A stretch of 64,000 bases of DNA. Source: Macrostomum lignano. Lineage: Eukaryota. The stretch is from positions 62,001 through 126,000 of the forward strand of contig NIVC01000080.1 in the NCBI GenBank assembly GCA_002269645.1, read 5' to 3'. This document shows positions 1 through 10,603 of the stretch, one piece after another. The position numbers were made by a program, and so were the translations under genes. The notes under the pieces are model-generated. The model was given only the letters and a program-made list of their open reading frames with translations. It was not told where the DNA came from and ran no database searches. Position 1 is the first letter of the stretch. Each line of letters begins with the position of its first letter.

Positions 1-3000
1 TTGCACGCTATTTGACGCTCACGGATCAACAACTCGGCTGGAAGAACGACAGCGAGCAGCTGAAAGCATTAGCTGCCGAAAACAACGACCTATTGTGCCG
101 TGAAAAAATCCTCGAATTGAACTCAACGGGCATGTTCAACAAATCCTCAGAGTCAAACAAGTATCCGAGCTTGGGTTCAACGACATCGGAATCACCCGCG
201 TCCAATCAAGCTGAAGCCCGCAAAGTAGTCTATGTCATCTTTATGATTGTCGGCATCGTTCAGGGCGCCGCTTCTGCCCCCTCTTGGTCAGTGCTATTCA
301 CAATGGTCGAGGACTCAGCCACCCCGTCTCGTTCGCCAATCTACATCGGCCTGGTCATCACTGCTCGATCAATATCACCCATGCTGGGCTATTACTTGAT
401 CGGGCAGTTTTTAGCACTGCACGAATCATTTGGCGAATCTGGTCTGCGTGAATCCGACAGCATGTGGATTGGCAACTGGTGGCTGGGGTTTCTCAGTCTC
501 GGCCTGCTTACCAGCCTGCTTGGCATTCCCATGCTGCTGTTTCCCCGCCAACTTGAAGACGCGTTCTGCTGCTCAGAAAGACCGGATAAGCAAAAAGACG
601 ATCCCTGTTATGCTGAAGACGATCCGGACGCCTCTCAACCTGAGACTCCGCTAAACGAGGCAAATATAGTGCGCCGTATGAGTCGCCACAGGTCGTGCGA
701 ATCGCAGCCGCGTGGGGCCGGGAATTGCGCAAAACTCCTTCACAGTCTTCGCGACTTGTCACTCGCCGTGAAGCGCACCATGACCAATGCGATCCTCATG
801 CTGGTCATGCTGTCCTGCGTGGTCAGTTTGCTCGGTTCAGGTCTCGAAGTGTTGTTTATTGTCAAGTACTACGAGAACTACTTTAACGTATTGCCCTCGG
901 CAGCAGGACAGTACGTTGGCATCACCTATGCGCTGCCAACCGCACTGGCAACACTAGCTGGAGGCTACTTGGTGTCGCGCCTGCAGCTTAACGTGGTTGG
1001 AATGATGCGACTCATCTGTGGTATCTTTCTGGTGACCACCGTACTGAATTCGCCAGCATTTTTTCTGGACTGTCCCTCCGAAAGGATCAATACGGACGTG
1101 TAAGATTACATATTTTCATCTCGATTCTTTGTGCTATCGATTTGTCAATGCATTTCAATGCCTTCGTTCAGAAAACACCGAACAAGATGCGAACTCAGAT
1201 ATATTCACATGCTAAAATATCAAGGTATTGTGCTGGGTGTATCCATCCAAAGTTACCAATGCATCGCTGTAGATGTGTAACGTAATCACGCTAGATTTTT
1301 CAATCATGCAGGGTACTGGTTCCCACTACCTGCACACGTAAGAATGATCCCAGGTACGTTAAAGGTAAAGTTAGTGAAATCCTCGAGTCTAGAACTTTGA
1401 TCCTATGGCTCATTTCATATATCCGTGAGTATTTATAAAAAGGCAACATTAACCGCTTCGTTGATTCGTAAATCGACATTCATTTTTGCCAACAAGTGCA
1501 AAACGGCTTTATTTCCATAAAGCTAGCTCGTAAGACCGGTAACCGCCGTCACAGCCTCACAGAAACAATGGACGGCAACGTCAGAAGCGTCTCCGACTGC
1601 GCTGCAAAGTGCAGATGCGATGCCACTCTGTTGAACAATCTGCCAGTTTGCGGAGCTGATGGAAACTTATACATGTCACCGTGTCATGCTGGGTGTACAG
1701 GGACAATGTCTGTAGCAGCTGCTAAGAACGGGACACACCAGGTACAAACATTTGTTATTATCGAAGATCTGTTTCTGCTAATCAATTTCTTTTATTAGGT
1801 GATTATTCATTCTAACTTATTTCCGATGTCAGCCTACGGAGACGGTGTTTAGCAACTGCAACTGTTTAGAACAGGCATATGTAAACTACAGTTTAACGGA
1901 CTCCGCTGAACAAGGCCTTGTCAGCAGCACTGCACTGGCAGGCAGTTGCTACGGCGTATGCGACATGGTCTACGCCTTCTCTGTGCTGAAATTCATCGCA
2001 CATTTTGTTGACGGCCTGTCGTATGTGTCATGGTTCTTACTAGTGATGAGGTGCGCATGTTGCAAAAATTTGACAATAATCACATTAGGCAATAATCAAA
2101 AGAGAAACCTTACGAATTTTTTAGAGTGACAGACTCAAAGGACGATGAGGCCATGGGTGTCGGGATTATCTCGCTGTTCTTCAGTCTTGCCGGTAACATA
2201 TTAGTAATACTTAATCGCATTGCTGAGAAATTTTCAACTAAACTATAGGAATAGAAGGCTCCATACATACAACCCTATCGATATTTTTTTACTTTATGGA
2301 TAAACTTTTGTGAAAAAAACACAGTACGAGGGTAATGCAAAAACTCATATAAAAAGTTGTCCTAAGCGTTGTCTTAAGTTTTTCTCAAGTCTCCATGACA
2401 AACATCAATGTCCCATGCCGTACGCTAGTTATTCAACGCTTCGAAATCACTATTTAAGGCTACTAAAAATACATTCATGAGACAATGTTCCTGTGCATAT
2501 AGTTTTGAAGGTAGACAATGATTACCTTAATTCTTCACGAGTGGCGAAGCCATACACCAAAACAATATACACAACCTACCATTGTTTCTCTATGGTCCGT
2601 GCATCAATGGTTGATTCAGTTAGATTGTGTATATGGTTTTGAAGGTAGACAATGAATAATTTTTCACAAGTGACTAAAAGCAAGAAGCAAGAAAGCAAGA
2701 AAACGCACCCCCATGTTAATGAGTAGTGAAATGCTTGAACCCATCGGGTACTTGAAAATTTTTTAGACTTCCGTATTGTGTGTGAGCCTATGGCTATGGC
2801 TTGGAGTTTCCCAGGAATTAATGTCCCTAAATGTTCTAAATGTTGAGAGGAACCCACTGGATTCGCCAGCGCAATTGATGTCTGGGCGCATCATTGATTG
2901 TCAGAGTTACAATTAAACTGGTTAGGAATTTTGTACTCATTTTTCTTAACAATCGCGCTCACAAACAGCAGGTTGTTGTGTCGATCGCTACTCTACTCTA

Positions 3001-3695
3001 TGCGTGTGCCTAATTGTGTGTACATTCGATGTACACCTGTTAGCTATCGATCGCAGTACAATATACGAGCGTATGATATAAGTTAGAGAGTGGAGAGTTT
3101 GAGAGCTTGAGAGTTTCGCCTACAAACTTGCAGACTGGCTGGCTTACTCATTCTACAACACAGGTGACTTGCCTACGCACAAGTACCCTTTAACAAGGAC
3201 CCGCTAGAACCTAGAACCGCAAATATTCTGGCCCGTCCTCAGCCCCTTTCTGTGTCTAAAATCGCCTAGGCTTCCGATGAAGAACAAGAATCAAATTGAA
3301 TTAAACAAAAGCACTTGAAAGCACTTGATGACCTTTCAGCCTCCATCATGGGCGGCTTCTGCGGTCGTATTTATGAATCCGCGTGCCTGGTAGCCACCAG
3401 CGGCTCAGCTGGAGAGCGCAATTGCCTACTGTACGACAGGACGCGACTTCGGATTCTGTTTAACGGCATCCCCATGCTGGCCAGGCTGCCTTACTTCGCC
3501 CTGCTGCTGGCCGCCTATCTGCTAGTTAAACGCCGCTTCGGCAACACGACCGGAAATTTTGCGGAGCAGCCGAGTGAAAATGCAGAGGAAAATTGTCAAC
3601 TGGGTAACATCAGCTCCGAATTGCCTGACAACAAATCTGAGCAGGATGACGTTGAAACCGCTGCTGTAGCTGGTGCAGAAGAAATGTACCTCTAA
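1..3695 (+). CDS. Organic anion transporting polypeptide (OATP/SLCO family), 5'-partial. Exons <1-1099, 1312-1337, 1563-1741, 1833-2050, 2125-2192, 3340-3695
   Basis: OATP motif WIGNWWLGF, several TM segments, Kazal-like loop (CAAKCRC...PVCGADGNLYMSPCHAGC), and C-terminal GRIYESACLV...RNCLLYD. All five introns are GT-AG and their phases join into one frame (2,1,0,2,1). The frame is open back to the window start. Confidence 0.9.
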
Positions 3696-5476
3696 ATTTT
3701 AGGAGAAAATCAATCACAAGGTTAATAACATCTGAGATTTGTGTCCGAACGTCGGCTTAGGGTATTTTTGACCGACTGACTTTTTAAGTAAGAAAAAAAA
3801 ACTTGGCCGCAAGTAAATGCTACTTTTTTCTATTACGAGCTATAGCTAAAAGTTTGTTTTTAAAGCAATTAGCAGTGAAGTGGCATATATTGCATTCCAA
3901 TTTTATTTTTTCTTTTATAAACCAGCTGTTCTACTCGAAGCATCTGAATATAGTCGTAGTTTCGACTGCAAAAGCACATGTAGTCACTAAGCAAAACACC
4001 CAAAACTGACTAAGATATTTCAGAAGTGGAACTAGAAATAACTCTCAGGCAAATGAATGTGAACTGATTTTGCTTTTTGATACACAGAGTTCATTGTGAT
4101 TTACTTACTTAACGATGTCCAGCAAAAATACAACAGTAGCTCGTAAACTAATCACCCAATCAAAAGCAAAAAAGCCCGCAATTTTTTTAAATAAAATGTT
4201 AAATTTTCTTAATAATATTTTTATATATTAGAAATGCATTGTATATTTATTTTCCCCACGATTATTTTTTATATCGACTGTATGACTCCTCAAGTTTCAA
4301 TCCATCAAACCATCTTCACGCCCCATGCAGCCCTGGAACGTAATGTTATTTGAAGTGAAAACTGAAATGCCATGAACTTTTTACCTTCATACGCTTGAAT
4401 ATGTTTATGCCCTCGCTCAGTTTTGAATACGCAAGTAAACTTTTAATTATTTATTCATTCATGTTAAAGCCCGTTGAGCTGCATTATGGCTTCAACTGCA
4501 AATTTGGCATTCTGTCTTATGCTCGGTAGTCATCTTTAGTCATGCGGAATTAGAAATGGGACATCCAAAGCTAAAGCCTTTTAGAATAAAGAATGGATAC
4601 ATACTAGTTATTGAGTAGTCTCTGAGATACATATTTTTAAACAACTGAGCACAGACTTCTGGGACCAATTTATGACAGCACAGGTGAACAACCAAAAAAT
4701 AAAAATCACTGGTCGCCAATAATTCATGTAAAACTGATATTCTCGGTTTTCAATACTTGAATACTGATGCAAGCAGTCACTTGGCAGATAGCTAAGTAGC
4801 AAACCAGTGAGTTTTAGATCTTCAAATGTGTTTCTGCTCAAACGAAAGGGCTACACAAAATCCCTGTCGTCCTCTAAGAATGTCCTTTGGGTGAAGACTC
4901 TCTGCACAGTCAACGGGTTCTTTCATTGACTTTCCATAATTGAAGAAGGTCCATGACTTTTGCTTGGTTTTATCCAGCTTTTTAACCACTAGTAGACTGC
5001 AGAGAGGAGCTTTGTAGAATTGAAGTTGCGTCACTATCACAAAATTTCTCTATGGCGAACACTCCTGATGGTTGATAGCCACTCTGGTTTGCAGATTTTT
5101 AACTACGCTCGTAGTAATCATGCAGTGCTTCATAAAACTGGTGGTCCCTGAAGCCTCACTGTATCTGGGCAAAGCCGCTTTCATAAATTCGTATGCTGGC
5201 TCCAAGGACAACTTGAAGCACTATTAAAGAATCAAGTTGTCCTAGGCTGGCTCTCAATCTTTTTACAGAGTCTATGGCAAAATTGATACGCCATGTTGAT
5301 GGCGACTTCAAATTTGTCTCTCAATCATGTTTTTCGCTCAGAAATTTGCTCCTATGGCCCAAACTATCTTTGTTCCGTAGGCTTTCAACTTTGAATGTTC
5401 AGTTTCTAGCTAAGCATGGCAATGGAGCTATTATGAACTACATGTACATTGCAATAGTTGTCAGTCGGCAAAACTA

Positions 5477-6769
5477 ATGAGGCTGCATGCAGTAATTGCA
5501 ATTTCAGCATTTCTAACGGGCTTCAGTGCTGGTGAGTAACTTGATCTTACAAGATTAGCTGTATATATAATTACTCATGTTTTCAGCATATGAGTCATGA
5601 CTACTCCGCGACGTTCGGTAGCAGTTAAGGTACTTTATCCAATCTGAAGTATTTGAAGTTGTACTTCATCAATCTGAATAAAATCAACGTTGGGTAAACA
5701 GGTAACGGCTTAATATAAACAGCTTAATAAGTAACTAATCAGCGATATGTACGATGTACAAGTGTACTTAGGGGCGGTGGGCAGAGCAGCTTGCACCACA
5801 GGCCCACAACCCAATTGGTTTGATTTAGTGGGCGGCTACATTCATTCGGGCTTGTGCACCAAGTACACTGGTGCTAGGGGTTGTCGTATGATTCATACCC
5901 ATGAGGTCCTACCCCCCCCCCCAAGGTTACAGAGAGTGTACATGCCTGGCGATTAGAAAGTAGGGGCTGCTGTACACCCTGTGTGAGCGTGTGTGTCAGG
6001 AATCAGGGGAATAGGCAGAATTGCCTCGACGCTGGTTGTTGGATGATGTCGTCGAAGGCGTTGCGCCGCAGGGTGCCCGCAGCCCCCTGCGAATACTTAG
6101 TTCTTCATGCACAACTGTAGGCTATGTCGTACGTACTTTGCCATTCAATCAAAAGTTTATGAAATTGGTTAATTTATCAATGAAATAATAACGCATAGTT
6201 ATTTATGTACTTTTGTATTATTGTATTTATAAGGCCTTTTAGCCGTTTGCTAATTGAATACAACAAAGTTAAGCAGAGATGACTGCATCTCATATTTGAG
6301 ATCCTATACGCAGCTGACCTTCAAGAGAGCTACATGTAGGCAAGAGTGAGCTAGTCGCTAGTGGAAAATTAATAAAGCAGAGCTCCAGATCACTCATTGT
6401 GTGATAGGGTAGCAGTTTTGGTGTAAATGCATAGTAATTTGTATCATGTACTGATCACCCATATAATGCAACTCAGGCCAAATTCAAGAAGCTCTGTTCT
6501 GCCCAGGAGAGACTATTCAGCTACGGTGTCCAAGGGGGCACCAAGTCGTGGTCAGCTACGTATTCTATGGCAGGCGCCAGAACCAGTGGCAGTGCCATCT
6601 GTACGTCAGGCATTGGTGCACGGACCCCGACGCTGTGCATAAGATCCGACGACTCTGTCAAGGCAAACGGAGCTGCCAGGCCACCGCCGACGAGAGTTTG
6701 TTGGGGACAAAGTGCCCGCCATATACGAGCTATCTGATCATCGAGTACTACTGCTTTAAACTGATGTGA
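5477..6769 (+). CDS. Small secreted SUEL/rhamnose-binding-lectin (Gal_Lectin) domain protein, 115 aa. Exons 5477-5531 and 6477-6769
   Basis: Exon 1 encodes a signal-peptide-like MRLHAVIAISAFLTGFSA followed by G|GTGAGT (phase 1). It joins CAG|GC at 6477 in frame. The domain has 8 Cys in SUEL spacing (FCPGETIQLRC...FYGR...LCQGKRSC...KCPPYTSYLIIEYYC). Confidence 0.75.
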
Positions 6770-7417
6770 ATTTCATACACTCGAATTGCAACTCTCAAAA
6801 CTTGTAATGTTATTTAAATTTCCCTAAGATACTACTGTTGGTGATGTGCTCTTTGTGATGATTCTAAAATATGCAACAATTTTTTCTGAAGCTGTATTTG
6901 ATATTGGCGTAGATATTATTGGATAATGAAATGAAGATATTAGATACTGTTAAAATAATATTTTTAAATTCATAAAAATTTATTTGATAATGGTATGAAT
7001 ACTATTTGAAATTGATATAAATATAATTGATTAAAAACTGCTCTTGCGCTTCGAGCGATGACGTACATGTAAGTTGGTTGACCTCGCCATGAAATAAGCA
7101 GGGAATTAAACTGTCAGTTCGGTTACAAAGCGCTCACCAGCCGTGACAAGATTGTCACCGTTTATCAGTCACAGAAATTTCTAACTAAAGTAGGTGCACT
7201 TCAGTACGCAAGTATCGGCACTACTCACGCCATAGGCCGAAGCCTTCGATTGGTTCAGCAGTAGACTCAAGCAAGGGGAGAGGCCCGCCCTTGCATCAAT
7301 AAATCAGCTAAGCAGGCATCGAAGGCAGGACCCGCCGCCTCTGAAGTTTTCAGGTGCAACCTACCGTTCGGTCTCAAACCAATTTGTAAGACGTAATCTT
7401 GCTACAGCAAATTCGGC

Positions 7418-7798
7418 ATGTCGGTCAACCAGATCTTGTAAGTGCCAATTTCACTAATGCCATTTTGACAGCTTATCTAGCACACAGATTGTCAGCCATA
7501 ACACGGCTGTAAAAGCTAAACTAATGCTTTTCTCATCACCCACAGTGGTCTGAGTCTGCTCATGGCAATCGCCATCGCCGGAGCAGTCGGCGGAGTCAAC
7601 AAGCGCTCCTCGTTCTCAGCCGAGCAGCCGCAGCTCTACTGCTACGAGAAGCACCCAGAAGAGGCGCGGTGCAACAAGTGCTGCGAGGAGAACTACAAGT
7701 TGTGCAAGAAGGAACTTGGCTGCGGGAAGAACGACTGGCGCTGCCAGAACCCCTGCTGGGAGTCTATGAAGTACTGCGACTACCAGTGCAAGATCTGA
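7418..7798 (+). CDS. Secreted cysteine-rich prepropeptide, 90 aa, family unassigned. Exons 7418-7437 and 7546-7798
   Basis: ATG TCG GTC AAC CAG ATC TT|gtaagt ... cacag|T GGT joins in frame. The product has a hydrophobic signal region, a KR dibasic site and a 10-Cys C-terminal domain. Exon 2 is GC3-rich. Confidence 0.8.
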
Positions 7799-8331
7799 CT
7801 GGACTGACAACTGCAAAACTGGACTTTTTAATTTAGAAGCCAAGGGTGGAGCCTGAGAGACTTGAGACAGACTAATCTGCAAAAATACTGATATACTACT
7901 TTTCTACAACTGAAACTAGCAAACAGAAAGGTACATCTTATCCTTCCCCCGCACAGCCACCCTAGTCCGCTATAGTTGACGTGGAAAACTGAGATAACCA
8001 CCTTTGTTTGTCACCCCAGCGCCGAGCTGTGCGAATTCTGGCACAGCTGTCCCAAACCTGACAATTTAAAAGCGCAGCATCGCAATATTGAATAGAGTTC
8101 TGTTGTCTCTGGCTTAATTTTTTCAACACATCAAAAACAAAACTGCAACATCTGCTGGAGCAGTGTACTGGATAAAATCTACAAAAATGACCGGTAGATC
8201 AATGGACAGTGTTTAAATCACAAAGTCCAGGAAAAATTTCAGTTTGGGTCAACATTTAGGCGAGTTTCGATATGAATGCAAATTAAAAACCGTGTGACAA
8301 GCTCACTGTAGTTCTATGAAAATTCCATGAA

Positions 8332-8465
8332 GGGGCTATAGCCTAGTGGTTAGAGCGTCTCTCGACCCACTCGGAATAATTTGTGTCCTTGAGTAAGACA
8401 CTTAACTCTGTATTGCTTCAGTTCACCCAGCTGTAAAATGGGTACCAGAATTAGCTGGGTTAATA
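8332..8465 (+). mobile_element. tRNA-derived CORE-SINE fragment
   Basis: A-box-like head GGGGCTATAGCCTAGTGGTTAGAGCG, then TGTGTCCTTGAGTAAGACACTTAACTCT...TGCTTCAGTTCACCCAGCTGTAAAATGGGTACC, which closely resembles the MIR/CORE consensus. No clear B box. Confidence 0.7.
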
Positions 8466-9484
8466 GTACATTAACACCCATGCTTTAAGGGCGTTAATGG
8501 GAAAATCAGAGGGCGCCGTTATTATGCCAAATGTCTATGGCACAATGTAACGATATATACCGATTTTTACCGATATATACCTATTTTTTTCGGCAGCAAT
8601 TGCGTAAGCTGAAGCCGCTACTACGCGGCTTCAGCTTACGCAATTGCTGCCGAAAAAAATCGGTACATGTCATTATTGTACCCTTTTGACTTCCCTTGTC
8701 TATGGCCCAGACATAGTGCGGATGCTGAGTATGAAATGCGATTGTTGCCGGAATGCGCTTTGAAAGGGTTGTAGAGATAATCAATCGTCTATGGCAAATT
8801 TAGTTGCTCTCTAAATGAAAGGGTTGTAGAGATAATTAATCGTTTATGGCAAATTTAAAGGACAGTGAAGACAGCTAGCCTGGCTGCCATGAGTTAATTC
8901 TCAAGTTGATTTTGAGCTTGAATTAATTCTCCTATTCGGAGTGCAAATAGGAAAAGTAGCTATGATTCGCTACGCAAACATTCCTGGCGGAGAAATATGT
9001 GGACTCTCCACGGACGAGTTGGCTTTTGTCACCCGAGAGTCGAGCACGCGCTACGTTCTGGAGATGGACAACCTGGATGCGTCGTCCAGTTCCAACGGGC
9101 TGCCTGAGCTAGGTAGCGAAGATCTGGAAATGTTGGACCGACTTGAGAGTGACTCAGTGCCGAAATCGACCGAGACGCAACGGAAGCTTCACGTGCTCTG
9201 TTCCACAACTGCACATTCAACTTTTACGGAAAGTAAAACAATTGATTCGATCGGTTTGTTCTTAAGAACTTTTTGTGACTATGAAACACTTTCGCCGTGT
9301 TGCTATTGTTGTTCCTTGTTTTGATAGCCAAATACATTCGTCTGAAATCCGGCAACAATCGAAAAAAGCCGACAAACAATTAAATTGTTACCGCAAGTAT
9401 GAATGCCGGAAACCATAGACAAAAGGGAACAATAATAGTAATACCCATGCTTTGCGGGCGTTAATGAGAAATCCTCGGGCGCCT
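8461..9484. mobile_element. Putative non-autonomous DNA element, possibly a Crypton/DUF3504-like remnant
   Basis: Imperfect direct repeats at 8461-8517 and 9433-9484, and four GTCTATGG/CCATAGAC motifs inside (a fifth at 9621). An internal ORF fragment LPELGSEDLEMLDRLESDSVPKSTETQ resembles, by eye, the N-terminus of DUF3504 tyrosine-recombinase-like proteins. Confidence 0.35.
8583..8660. repeat. Perfect 36-bp inverted repeat with 6-nt loop
   Basis: ATTTTTTTCGGCAGCAATTGCGTAAGCTGAAGCCGC-tactac-GCGGCTTCAGCTTACGCAATTGCTGCCGAAAAAAAT; the arms are exact reverse complements. Confidence 0.97.
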
Positions 9485-10603
9485 AACGGCGCCCTCTGTG
9501 TCATTTTAGACATATTTGTCCTTGACAAAGTGGGACAAAATTAGCGGGCAGTTAATGACATTACCTGCCCGCTAATTTGCATTAAAGTAAGTTTGACTCC
9601 TGTAAGCGGGCTTAAATGTAGTCTATGGCATTAAAAGGCAAGAATAGTGCCCAGCGGGCACAAAGGTCATGGTACAATTGAGGGTGTGTGTGGCGACCCC
9701 CAGTCCTTGGACTGAACAGCCGTACACAGCCTTCAGATACAGCTGAGGCTGAGCTGTTGGTTGCACATCTGGCCATTAGGGCAGGTGTAATCAATTATTA
9801 TATTATTATTATGAGTTTATGCATACTGAATGCTAGAAAGCCTCAATATTTTAGGGTAACTGGCTCAACCACGGTACATGTACACGGAGGGCATAAAAGC
9901 ATCAATGCTTATGAAAATTGCGGCGAACAACTTCGAAAACAATTTCAGGCAGCAAATAGAATCTGAAAATTTCCAATGGAACTTACACATTCGTGTCACC
10001 TTTCCTTACAGTCAACTGACAAACTTTAATGAAAGTCAAAGTTATTGCCTTAAAAATGCCAGCAGAATGAAAGAACTTTAAACCAACAAAAGTTTAAAAT
10101 CAATCAAGTCGTTTTCTCGTTTTCTTCAACTCCCAAGTGAATGTGAAGGAGAGATTTTTGTAGTTTTATATTTGCGCTAAGTTTAAATAATATTTCACAT
10201 ACATTAAAAAGTAAATACACCTTCGCACTAACTTTATCCATCGCAGCATCTTAGCGGTCTGATCAAGTTAAAATACGACTGTATTGAACAGATATTAACA
10301 AGGTTACACATAAAATCAGGGGAAATAGTTTCGCTCGCAGAAAATCAACTGCTGCTCTAAAGAATTAATCACCCGGAATTCTGATAAAATTACAAGCTAA
10401 GCAGGTAGGTGAATGCTAAAATCCGTTTTAGATAAACAAAACAATATTGAGGCTTAACTGGATCTCAATTATTATTTAGGATAAAAAGAGAAGGTCATGT
10501 TGACTTGGAAGAAAATTGAATAATAAGTTAAGAGACAGGGCTTACTGAATGATAATAATAACAAGATTGCAGTTACCAGCTAACAGCCACCACAGCTAGA
10601 AAA

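Noticed and set aside
4608-5477. Short ORFs between the OATP and SUEL genes
   Set aside because: No recognisable motifs in any frame I translated, and no convincing exon chain.
8332-8400. Possible tRNA gene
   Set aside because: Only an A-box-like 5' part is present. No anticodon or T arm can be folded and it continues into a SINE core.
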